NCBI RefSeq assembly: GCF_009914755.1
Contig: NC_060935.1
From: the human T2T-CHM13v2.0 reference genome, Homo sapiens
DNA: 64,000 nucleotides
Reading direction: 5' to 3' (one strand)
Part shown: piece after piece, positions 1-11,085 of the stretch
Layout: each line of letters starts with the position of its first letter
How positions within the stretch are numbered: the first letter of the stretch is position 1
Made by a program: the position numbers and the translations under genes
Notes under the pieces: generated by a model
Database searches by the model: none
Seen by the model: only the letters and a program-made list of their open reading frames with translations
Told to the model about the DNA's origin: nothing

Positions 1-394
1 ATGTTTATGGTGGCAAAGTGCTCACTATCTGATTAGGTGATTCTTACTAGTTTTAGAAGTTTTCATCTCTAGAATGACTTTTCTGCCCTCTCCATCAATA
101 TACTTTATTATAGAAGTCTGTTCATTCTCTTTAAAAAACTTAGTAGTCTCTGAAATAAACTTGCTTTACAAAATCTATACGGAGGGAAATTTTCCATCTT
201 GTTTAGTGTTATATCCCCACTTCAAGAAGAATAATTAACATGTAATAGTTGTTTAATACATATTTATTTAAAGAATGCATTGAGTAAATTGTTTAAGTTT
301 TATTTTTATGTTATGGCAAATTTGACCTCATAATTGTATCTATCAGTTCTATCTCAGCTCCGTGGAGCAAAAGATAATGGCTTTAATGCCTTTT

Positions 395-509
395 ATTTTC
401 TTTTTAGCTATTCACATTTTTATTTGTTATTTTTAAAAATTATTCTTAATTTTTTGGTGTACATAGTAGATGTATATATCCTTATGGGGTACATGTGATA
501 TTTTGATAC
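395..509 (-). mobile_element. Extremely 5'-truncated L1 3' end (L1PB/L1MA-type, ~115 bp) with 17-bp TSD
   Basis: The + strand reads T-rich tail then 'gtacatagtagatgtatatatccttatggggtacatgtgatattttgatac', the reverse complement of an L1 3' terminus. Identical tggctttaatgcctttt flanks it at 378-394 and 510-526. Confidence 0.8.
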
Positions 510-678
510 TGGCTTTAATGCCTTTTCTATATGACAATTTATTGGACATTTGAAGAAACGATCTTTCCTTTATTTCTCTATTCTTTACGTTTTCCTTATG
601 ATTGTGTGTGTGGTGGGTGGGGGTAGGTAATGGAAGATAATATGAATATAGAAGAAGACATAGAGAATTCCTAAGATG

Positions 679-955
679 GGGCGGGCGTGGTGGCCCACGC
701 CTGTAATCCCAGCAATTTGGGAGGCTGAGGCAGGCAGATCACATGAGGCTAGGAATTCAAGACTAGCCTGGCCAACATGGCGGAAACCTGTCTTGACTAA
801 AAATACAAAAATTAGCTGGGCATGGTGGCACACACCTGTAATCCCAGTTACCTGGGAGGCTGAGGCACAAGGATCACCTGAGCTGGGGAAGCAGAAGTTG
901 CAGTGAGCTGAGACCACACCACTGCACTCCAGCCTGGGTGACAGAGTGAGACTCT

Positions 956-992
<37 letters not shown>
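679..992 (+). mobile_element. Alu (AluS/J-age), full dimer, with tail replaced by (AG)n
   Basis: Both Alu arms present with a taaaaatacaaaaatt linker. (AG)n at 961-992. TSD agagaattcc(t/c)aaga at 662-676 and 989-1003. Confidence 0.95.
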
Positions 993-997
<5 letters not shown>

Positions 998-1267
998 CCA
1001 AGAGTGAATTTCCAGCTCCAAGAGCTTTAAAGTGTCATGTGAAGTCACTGAAGGAAGAAGACTTTGGAGAGTGGTGTTCCAGTAATAATATCCGGCCGTT
1101 AGAATAGTCTCCTAAACCACAGAAAAATATATACCAGAAGAGTATCTAATTCAAGAAAGAGGAAGATATGTAACCCAGAAAATGCAATCAGGTCTGCCAT
1201 ACGGAAGCAAATAGATGGCATCTGTATGGCAGACCTGGAGAGGACAGAGGGGCTCAGGGGGGAAGAT

Positions 1268-1495
1268 GTACTAGTCATTTACCTATGGGTCCTTGGCTCC
1301 AGATCCATATTCCTGTACTCAACTTTGTGATGCTTAGGTTAGGACTGTACAAATTGTATTTCAGAGACCTATTTTTCAGCACTAGAGAAATATTAGGAGG
1401 TAAAAGAAGAGGAGCTGGGTCTTCCTATTTATTGCTATTTCTGTCAATATCAATCTACAGTGGTAATTCATTTCCACATTTGGCAGCTGAATAAA
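1268..1495 (+). mobile_element. Old ERVL LTR fragment (LTR33-like)
   Basis: 'gctccagatccatattcctgtactcaactttgtgatgcttaggttaggactgtacaaa' resembles the recalled LTR33 5' region; degenerate. Confidence 0.4.
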
Positions 1496-1596
1496 CACTA
1501 TTGGGAAAAAATATACACCTGCTTTTTAAAAGTCATTATTATTTAAGTTCTCCCTATCCACCTGAATAGCACACTGTTCAAAGCTCATATGCCATT

Positions 1597-3250
1597 GCAA
1601 AAATAATTCTAAAATTTGTTTGGAACCACAAAAGCACCTGAATAGCCAAAGCAATTTTGAGGAAGAAGAAAAAACATGAAATCACACTTCTTGATTTAGA
1701 ATTATACTACAAAGCTATAGTGATCAAAACAGTATGGTATGGGCATAAAAACAGACACATAGACCAATGAAACATACTAGAAAGCCTGAATATAAACCCA
1801 AGCACAAACAGTTAACTAATTTTTCCCAAAGTCACAAGAAAAACAAAATGAGACAAGGATAGTCACTTCAATAAATGGTGTTAGGAAAATTAGATATCCA
1901 CTCGTAAAAGGATAAAATTGAATCCTTATCTAACACTAAACATAAAAGCTACTCAAAGTTGATTAAAGGCTTAAACATAAGACCTGAAACTATAAAATTC
2001 CTAGAAGAAAATATAGGAAAAAATACTCCGTGACATTGGCCTTGCCAGTGATTTATTTGATATGGCACCAAGATCCCAGGCAATAAAAGCAAAAATAAGC
2101 AAGAGGGACATCAAACTAAAAAGTTTCTGTATAGTAAAGGAAACAGTCAACAAAAAAAGACAACCTATTGACTAGGAAAAAACATTTGCAAACTATGTAT
2201 TTTACAATGGATTAATATCAGAAAATATAAGAAACTCATACAATGGCAAAAAACAAACATGCAAACAAACAAAACCAAACAAAAAAACACACCTGATTTA
2301 AAAGTGGGCAAATGACCTGAAGACATTTTCCAAAAAAGGCATATAAATAACAGGTATATGAAAAAGCACTCAACATCACAAATCATCAGGGAAGTGCAAA
2401 TCAAAACACAACGAGGTCACCTTACAGTTGTTAAGATAGTTATTATCAAAAAGATTAGTATTGGCAAGGATGTGGAGAAAAGGCAACCCTTGTATACTGC
2501 TGGTGGGAATGTAAATTGGTATAGTCACCATGAACAACAGTATGTATGTTCCTTAAAACATTGTAAGTAGACCTACCATAGGATCCATCTGGGCATATGA
2601 CCAAACCTTATGAACTCAGTATGTCAAAGAAATATCTGCACTCCCACATTCATTCCAGTATTATTCACAATAGCCAAGATATGGAAGCAACTAAAGTGTC
2701 CACTGATGATTAATGGACAAAGAAATTGTGATATATATACATATAAATACACGCATACACACAAATGTTATTCAGCCTTCAAAGAAGGGTGATCTTGTTA
2801 TTTATGACAACATGGATAAACCTGGAGGACATTATGCCAATTGAAATAAGCCAGACACAGAAAGAAAAATACTGCACCATCTCATGTACCTGTGGAATCT
2901 AAAAAATGGGTAAATAGAAGCAGGGTAAAGTGGTTACACCAGGGCCGAGGAGGTGGGAGAAATGGGAACATTCTGGTCAAAGACTGAATAAGTCTAGAAA
3001 TCTAATGTACAGCATGATGGCTGAAGTTAATAATACTGTATTGTGTACTGGAAATTTGCTGAGAGTAGATTTCAGGTGCCCTAACAACACAACACATAAA
3101 AAGGCAACTATGTGAAGACATTAATATGTACATTACTTGACTGTAAAAGTCATATATATATATACACACACACACACATATACATATATATATACACATA
3201 TATATATACACACACACCATGACTGTATACAATTTTTATTTAAAAATAAA
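1597..3250 (+). mobile_element. 5'-truncated L1 (L1MA7-9-like), ORF2 3' part plus 3' UTR
   Basis: ORF2 motifs 'tggaaccacaaaagcacctgaatagccaaagcaat' and 'tgctggtgggaatgtaaattgg'; L1MA-type 3' UTR; A-rich end. Degenerate TSD gctcatatgc(c/t)att at 1583-1596 and 3274-3287. Confidence 0.9.
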
Positions 3251-3504
3251 GTAGCAATATGTGAGGGAGAAAGGCTCATATGCTATTAGACAAGCCTTCC
3301 TTACAAGCATATAGGAAAATAAAACAAGAGTTTAGCATATCTAGAAACTTTGTTATGCATGCATGTAAGTATATATGTATTTATTTATTTCCTTGTATTT
3401 TGATTCTAAATAATCTGAGTTGGCACAAAATTTGAGAGTTTAACTTCATAAAACATTTTATTTAAAAAACAGAGTCCATATTGACACATATTATTTAAAA
3501 AACA

Positions 3505-4190
3505 AATTAATGATGGAGAGTAGACAACTCTCCCCTGCAGAAGAATTCTAAATAATTTATGTAGGTATTCCACCCTTAAAAAGGTACAGAATAACTGTTA
3601 TCTTAAGTGTGGACTGTTCATAGTGACATTTTCTCAGGGAGCACAGTATGGAAAGAGGTGGAAAAGATTAACTTTATAATGGAGAGTATGACAAACAGTA
3701 TTTCAGTGAAGAGATTAAAGTAAATATAAATGGTTATTAGTCATCTTGATCATGTGTATCCTTGATATACTGTGATGAAAATGGCACTTCATGCCTTTGG
3801 TCATTCTTCCAAAATACCATAATTTTATTCTAATTATGATTTTTTTAAAAATCTGTAAAACCTCAGTTGAGGGACATTATACAAATACCTGACCAGTATA
3901 CCTCCAAACAGTCAAGGTTATCAAAAATAATAAAAAAAAAGAAAAAAAGTTTTATTTATTTATTTTAACTTTTATTTTTAAGTTCAGGGGTACAAGTGCA
4001 GCTTTGTTACACAAGAAAAATAACTTAAAAAACAAGGTCATCAAAAATAAGAAAAATCTGAAAAAATTTTCATAACCTAAAGGAGCCTAAGAAGACATAA
4101 TGACTAAATATATGATATCCTAGATAAGATCCTGGTCATGGGGAACAGACAATGGGTAAAATCTAAGGATATCTCAATAAACTATGGAAT
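3505..4190 (+). mobile_element. L1MC/L1MD-type 3' UTR fragment
   Basis: 'acctgaccagtatacctccaaacagtcaaggttatc...ggagcctaagaagacataatgactaaat' matches the recalled L1MC 3' UTR; interrupted at 3931-4032. Confidence 0.7.
3950..4012 (-). mobile_element. Tiny L1PA 3'-terminal fragment nested in the L1MC
   Basis: 'ttttaacttttatttttaagttcaggggtacaagtgcagctttgttacac' is the reverse complement of an L1PA 3' end. Confidence 0.7.
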
Positions 4191-4301
4191 AGAAAGTTTA
4201 ATCAAAAATAAGCTGAAGTCCCCAAAAATGTTTTTAACAAGAATATTCTTACATTTGTATTTTTGTCCTTGTTACTGTTTACAATTCCCCTTTCCATGAT
4301 C

Positions 4302-5622
4302 TTTTGTTAATTGATACATAATAATTGTACATGTTTATAGGGTGCATGTGCTATTTTGATACATACATAGCATGTGTAATGCTCAAATCAGGGTAATTAG
4401 AATATTCATACCTCAAACATTTATTACTTCTTAGTGTTGGGAACATTTAAAATCTTCTTTTCTAGCTATTTTTCAATATACAATAAATGATTGTTAACTG
4501 TAGTTATTTACCCTAGTGTGCTATCGAACACTAGAACTCATTTCTTCTGTTTTGTTTAAACAACCTCTCTTCTTTTCCCTTCTCTCTCTCTCTCTCTGTC
4601 TCTCTCTCTCTCTATATATATATGTGTGTGTGTATGTATATATATGTATATATGTATATATGTATATATATGTATATATGTGTATATATATGTATATATG
4701 TATATATATGTGTATATATGTGTGTATATATGTATGTATATATGTATATGTGTATATATGTATATATATGTATATATATATAACTCACATTTAAAGATAA
4801 TTTGTTTATGCATTGGTAGACACTTAGGCTGATTCCACATCTTTGCTATTATGAATAGTGCTCGATCAACATCGGCATGCAGATTTCTCCTGGATATACT
4901 AATTTCCTTTTATTTGTATATATATACCCAGCAGTGAGATTACTGGATCACATGGTAGATTTATTTTAGTTTTCTGAGGAAACTCCATACCATTTTCCAT
5001 AGTGACTGTACTAATTTACATTTCCACTGGTAGTATACTAGAGTTCCCCTTGCTCCACATCCTCATCAGCATTTGTTATTTTTTTCTCTTTTTGGGAATA
5101 GCCATTTTAACTGGGGTAAATGATATCTTATTGTGTGTTTCATTTGCATTTTCCTAATGATTAGTGAGGTTGAGTATTTTTTCATATGCCAGTTGGCTAT
5201 ATGTGTGTCTTCTTTTGAGAAATGTCTACTCAGATTATTTACTAATTTTGTAATTGGATTTTTTTTTGCATTTGAATGTTAGAGTTCCTTATATATTTTT
5301 GTTATTAATCCCTTGTTGGATGGATCATTTGCAAGTATTTTCTTCCATTCTATAGGTTGTTTCTTCACTCTGTTGATTGTTTTTTTTCCTTGCACAGAAG
5401 CTTTTTAGCTTAATGTAATAGCATTTGTCTATTTGTCTATTTTTGTTTTTGTTGCCTGTGCTTTTGAAGTCTTTTCTAAAAAACTTTTGCCCAGATCAAT
5501 GATATGAAGTGTTTCCCCAATATTTCCTTCTAGTAGTTTCAGAGTATCAGGTCTTCATTGAAGTCAAGTCTGTAATTCATCTTGATTTTATTTTTATATA
5601 CAGTGAGACATAAGAGGTCTAG
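4302..5622 (-). mobile_element. L1MA4/5-like 3' portion (non-inverted part of a 5'-inverted L1)
   Basis: Reverse-complement L1MA 3' UTR ('ttgatacataataattgtacatgtttatagggtgcatgtg') running into ORF2 3' sequence up to 5622. Confidence 0.9.
4582..4781. repeat. Compound microsatellite (TC)n-(TA/TATG/TG)n
   Basis: Directly visible dinucleotide and tetranucleotide runs inside the L1 3' UTR. Confidence 0.95.
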
Positions 5623-6505
5623 CTGATCATCTCAATAGATGCAAAAAAGCATTTGAAAAAATTCAACATCACTTCATGATAAAAACCCTCAACAAACTAG
5701 GTATAGAAGGAGCGTGCCTCAATACAGTAAAATCCACATATAGCAAACCAGTGGCTAGTATTATACCAAATGGGGAAAAGCTGAAAGATTTTTACCGAAC
5801 AACTGGAACAAGACAAGAATGCCTACTCTAACCACTCTTATTCAACATACTACTGGAAGTCCTCGCCAGAACAATTAATCAAGAGAAATAAATAATGGGC
5901 ATCCAAATTGGAAAGGAGGAAGTCAGATTATCACTTTTTGCAGATGACACAATACTTTTATATAGAAAATCCTAAAAGCCCCACCAAAAAAACTTTTAGA
6001 ACTAATAAACAAATTCAGTAAAGTTGCAGGATACAAAATTAACATACAAAATTGGTAATATACTAACCACAAAGAAGCAGAAAAAGAAATTAAGGAATTC
6101 TATTTATAGAATCTACAAAATAATAGCTTCTATTTATTTATTATTCTAGGTATAAATATTTCTAGGTATATTTATACCTAGATATATCTAGGTATATTTA
6201 TTTCTAGGTATAAATATACCTAGAAATAAATTTAACTAAGGCGGTGAAAGACCTTTACATGAAAAACCATAAAATGCTGATGAAAGAAATTGAAGAGATC
6301 ACAAAAAATGGAAGATATGTTGTGGATTGAAAGAAATAATATTGTGAAAATGACCATACTACCAAAATCGATCTGCAGATTAAATGCAATTCCTATACAA
6401 ATACCAATGATATTCTTCAAAGAAACGGGAAAAAAAATCATAAAATGTAAATGGAACTAAGAAAGACACCAAATAACCAAAACAATTTTGAGGGGAAAAA
6501 AAAAG
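5623..6505 (+). mobile_element. L1 ORF2 RT-region segment, inverted relative to the adjacent L1 piece
   Basis: 'atctcaatagatgcaaaaaagcatttgaaaaaattcaacatc', 'tttgcagatgacac' (FADD) and 'ttcagtaaagttgcaggatacaaaatt' on the + strand, abutting the minus-strand L1. Confidence 0.9.
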
Positions 6506-6529
6506 AAGTTCATGAATGCCTTTTGTATG

Positions 6530-7150
6530 ATAGATGAGTATGTTTTCTTTCGTATTGACTTGCCACATGACTTGTCTTGACTAATGGAATTGAGAAGAGT
6601 TTGTGTGCATAATGTAGCTTAGCCCCACTAGAATCACCATTAAAACAGAGAATATATTTTAGGTCTCTGTGCCTCTATGTCTCTAGCCTTTCCTCCCTTA
6701 TGGGGAGAAAACTAATCTAAAATGAAAGAACAGATACAAGGGACCAAAGTAATCCTGGCAGTATTTGAATCCCTAAGTCCAGGTCTTTCTAAAGACAGCT
6801 ACATTCCTATCCACAAATCAATCAATCAGTAAGAAATAAGTAAATAAATAGCAAAAAACAACAAAAAGGTATCTATGGAGTGTGATGGATATGTCAATTT
6901 GCTTGACTGTAATAACAATTTCACTTTGTCTGTATGTATCCCAGATATTGGTTATTCCTCTTGCCGCATTCCAGAATGAGAAAACAAGTGGAGCTGAACT
7001 GAGCCAAGTCTAGCCAAGCAGCATTGAACTCATTGGAGCTACAGCCATATCGTAGCCTTCATGTAATATAAGTAAGAAATAAATGTTTGCTCTTATAAAA
7101 CACTGAGATAATAGGAACATTTATTATTGCAACAAAAGAAGATTAACACA
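6530..7150 (+). mobile_element. Degenerate MLT1 (MaLR) LTR pieces, interrupted
   Basis: 'gccacatgacttgtcttgactaatggaat' and the 3' end 'aagaaataaatgtttgctcttataaaacactgagata...attaacaca'. Confidence 0.5.
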
Positions 7151-7359
7151 CTTGATGATACCTTTTCAAAAACATTTAGTTCTTGTACTGTCTCCTTCAT
7201 AAAACTTCCTCTAAGTGTTTCTGTGACTCATCTATAGTTTCCAGATTTAGCAAATAAAAATAGAGGACTCAAAGCTGGCATTTAAAAATATGTATAGCTC
7301 AAGTTCCTAACTTGATTATAAGCTCTTTAAAGTAGGACCCAATCTTATTCATAACATCC

Positions 7360-7660
7360 AGCAATATATATTGGACTTCTACTGTTCCAAGCATTTTTAT
7401 TAGGCATTGGAGATGTAATGACGTGTGAAAATAAACAGAAGCTTTATACTCTTTAAGTTTTTAAACTACTGGAGGAAACAGAAATTAAGCAAATAATCAA
7501 CACAATAAATATCAAAGTGTAGTTCTAACCAATGTTATTTAAAGATACCAGGTGCATGGTCCTCTGAGAAACTGTGTATGGGAGACCTGATCAAGTCAGG
7601 AAGGTAAGGAAAGGCTTCCCTGAAGGAGTGAGGTGATTTCTCAAGTTAAGAGGCAGAAAG
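7360..7660 (-). mobile_element. L2 fragment
   Basis: 'taggcattggagatgtaatg...gtcaggaaggtaaggaaaggcttccctgaagg' is typical antisense L2. Confidence 0.5.
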
Positions 7661-8599
7661 GTCAGAAAGAATAGTCCAGCCTCTGCAAATTCCAAAGATG
7701 GAAGTTAGCAATGTGTCTGAAGAAGAAAGACTAAAGTTGCTATGAGATGAGATTGAAGAAGTAAATAAGGACAGCCATGGTATCTCCCTAACGATAAACG
7801 CAGTCCCACATGCTTAGTATGTGTCCAACAAATAATCGTGACCATATATGGCTTGACTTAGATATATTGAATGCCTGTGGCTAATTGATAGGATTACAGA
7901 CAGAAAAAACACATAGTCCTTATCTTCAAGGACTCTCTCTCTCTCATACTCTATCTGCTAGAAGCTATAATAGTTCAGCAACCATCAGTCATAGTTGAGT
8001 TCTAAGTGACAAAAAGCCAGCTCTCACTGATTTATTCAAAAGAAGAAAATCACTTTATTGACTAATGGAATACAAATAAATATTAAACAACCAAGCTACA
8101 GGAAGGATAGGAGTGTGGCTGTCTTTAAAAAGACCTGGCCTTAGGGATTCAAATACTGCCAGGATTATTTTGATCCCTTGTATCTATACTTTCATTTTAG
8201 ATTAGTTTTCTCCCGATAAGGGAGGAAAGGTATAGAGACATAAAAGTTAAAATTGAGAGATAAGCATGAACACTCCAGTGGAAAAGAGGTAGAAAATCTG
8301 AAGACGAGTGAAATTATGGGGTCTGAAAAGCCAAAATACATTTATTGTTTGAGGAGTGTATTTAAGAGAGTATAGTAGGTGAACTTAGAGATAATCTAGA
8401 GTTACATCATGATAAACATTATTACCTGACTAAAGGAAGTTAAACTTGATGCCAAAGGTATCTAGTCTTCATCATTAGTTTTCTTAATTTTTCTGGGCTA
8501 AAGTATTCTCATTTGCACAATGAAAGATGTATTGGACATACTTTGCTCAGTATTGCTTTACTTGAAGAATTAATCTTTCCCTACATCATGTGGTGACGG

Positions 8600-9030
8600 T
8601 GCAACTGTGAAATATCACCACTCCATCCCCCAACTACAGGTATAACCACATGGCTCAGGGGGGACAATCAAAGTGCTTCATCCCTTTAGCCATAGAGACT
8701 TTTCAGAGATAAGAAATTAATCTGAGCAAGGCCATTCAGAGACTTATTATGAGATTTGATATAAGCATGTCAGAGAAAAGGGATTTTCTAACTTTTTGAG
8801 GGAAGATAAGATAGGCTGCAAGATAGGCTAATGGCTGCTTCAGTGGCCAAGGAAGAATGAACATGAAGCCAAAACACAAAAGAAAGCACTGTAAAGGGAA
8901 GGAAAGAGAGTTATATCTAAGTCCCTGGATCTGTCCATGCCTGAAGCAACAGCCACTGGTGGACTTCCTAGTTATATGAGCTAATTATTTTCCCTTTTTT
9001 CTTAAATAGTATGAGTTAAGTTTCTTGAAA
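8600..9030 (+). mobile_element. MLT1K/L-like LTR
   Basis: 'ccctggatctgtccatgcctgaagc...gttatatgagctaattattttccctttttcttaaatagtatgagttaagtttct' resembles the MLT1K 3' end. Confidence 0.55.
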
Positions 9031-9107
9031 TAAAAATATTTTTGATGAAAATGGAGGTAATTCTTTCTGCTTACAGGGTTATTGTAAAGATCAGATTTAT
9101 AAGAATC

Positions 9108-9257
9108 TGGCAAGGCTGGTGGCCCATACCTGTAGTCCCAGCTACTCTGGAGGCTGAGGCAAGAGTATCGTTTGAGCCCAGGAGTTTGAGGCTGCAGTGA
9201 GCTATGATCATCCCACTGTACTTCAGCCTGGGTGACACAGTGAGATCCTGTCTCAAA

Positions 9258-9295
<38 letters not shown>

Positions 9296-9300
9296 GAAGA
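9108..9300 (+). mobile_element. Alu monomer (FRAM/FAM or AluJ right arm) with A/(GAAAA)n tail
   Basis: Single arm 'cctgtagtcccagctactctggaggctgagg...ggctgcagtgagctatgatc...tgagatcctgtctc' followed by an A-rich tail. Confidence 0.9.
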
Positions 9301-10101
9301 ATAAATATATAATTCATTGTAGGCTCTAAAGAGCACCTGAGTCATTTGACGTTTATCAAATTCCTTTGGCCACAGAGAAAATAATAAAAACAATTATTCT
9401 CATGAAATAGTGGTAAGTTATACTTTTCATGAAATAAACTACAGTAATAGATTTTTGCATATGCTGTGATTTGGAATCATAAATGATCCTAATTGCCTCT
9501 GTGTTGGGCTTTGTCTAAATACTTGCTATACTTTGTTTTTACTGGTATTTGAAGCCAGCAAGTAATCTGTTTATTCAAATACTTATGGCCAAATATCCTT
9601 AATTACTTTCTGAAACAATAGTTTCTGAATAGGGAGACTGGTCAATTATTTTTCTTTAATATGTTTATTATAATAAAGCTATGGACATGTTTTTGCAGTC
9701 AAGCTTCCTCAGAGATGTTTATAATGATTCAATCACAAACTAAATCTCTGTGTTTCCTGCTTTGTTGTTGTTGTTGTTGTTGTTGTTAGGGAATTAGGGG
9801 ATTCCCTGGTATAGCAGTGTCTTTGTTATATCCACTTCCTATCTTACCTCTTTTCTGAAATATTTCAAGTTCTCCCTGCCAGTGCACCAGGAGTAAAAAG
9901 TCCTATTTATATTGTTCCTCACTGTGTATGTCATTGCTTCTATCATATTCTGGAATGCTTACGGTACCGTACTTAGATTCAGGATGGCCAGCATTTCCAG
10001 CCATTGATGACATTATTAAGAAACAGAATGATAAACTATGGCTGAATCATTTAAAATGCCAGGTGTTCCTGGAAATAAATCTCTTATGACAATGTATCTG
10101 A

Positions 10102-10403
<302 letters not shown>

Positions 10404-10759
10404 ATACATCTGATATATTCCAGAAATGAAAACTACCCTCAATCTGTCTGTATCCGATGTGTTTTTCCCTGGTATTTCCTTAGTAAGCTGCCTGGATAGA
10501 ATGCGTAAGACAATAACAGCATTGCTTTTTCACATAAAAGTTTGAAATTTTCCCTTCAAATACAAAAATATTTTTCTCAGTCTCTTTTTTTAGAAAGTCA
10601 CCACTGCAGTGAGGCAAAAACATACATTCTGAGAAGTTAAAGTAGAAATGACAATTTACAAAACAAACTGTGCTCTGATTTGCATAATGTGTAAACTGAA
10701 CTAAATCATGGCATGCAACACAAACTATTTAAGACCAAAATGTTTTAATGTCATCTTAT

Positions 10760-11085
10760 TCAGACCCACACGTTCAAAGATAAAACCATAGATAAGTGGC
10801 TATACCCTCAGTCTGAACTCATGTATTTCAGAGAAAAGACTATTACCTGTTCTACTAATTTTCCTGTTTATCAATTCTGAACAACACCTGCCCAGACCAT
10901 GCTTACTAACTTTACTCTAAAACCACTTTGTCTGCCTTCTCCCAACCAAAAAACCTAGCAGTACCTTTCCCTAAATTTTCCCCATGAGAACTAAGGGTAC
11001 TCTGGTAAACGTTCTGTTTTCCCTTGTTCAGTCAACTTAATAAACTAAGTTTTGTGTGGTTAGCAGATCCCTGATGATCTTTTCA
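10760..11085 (+). mobile_element. Possible old ERV1-type LTR remnant
   Basis: LTR-like end 'caacttaataaactaagttttgtgtggttagcagatccctgatgatc' with a polyadenylation signal; family not resolved. Confidence 0.3.

Noticed and set aside
585-1001. 138-aa ORF and the similar ORFs at 24352, 29265, 34461 and 38310
   Set aside because: They are translations of antisense Alu sequence (LSPRLECSG...ASASQ), not genes.
4516-4840. ORFs rich in Y/I/C/V/M
   Set aside because: They are read-through of (TA/TG)n microsatellites.
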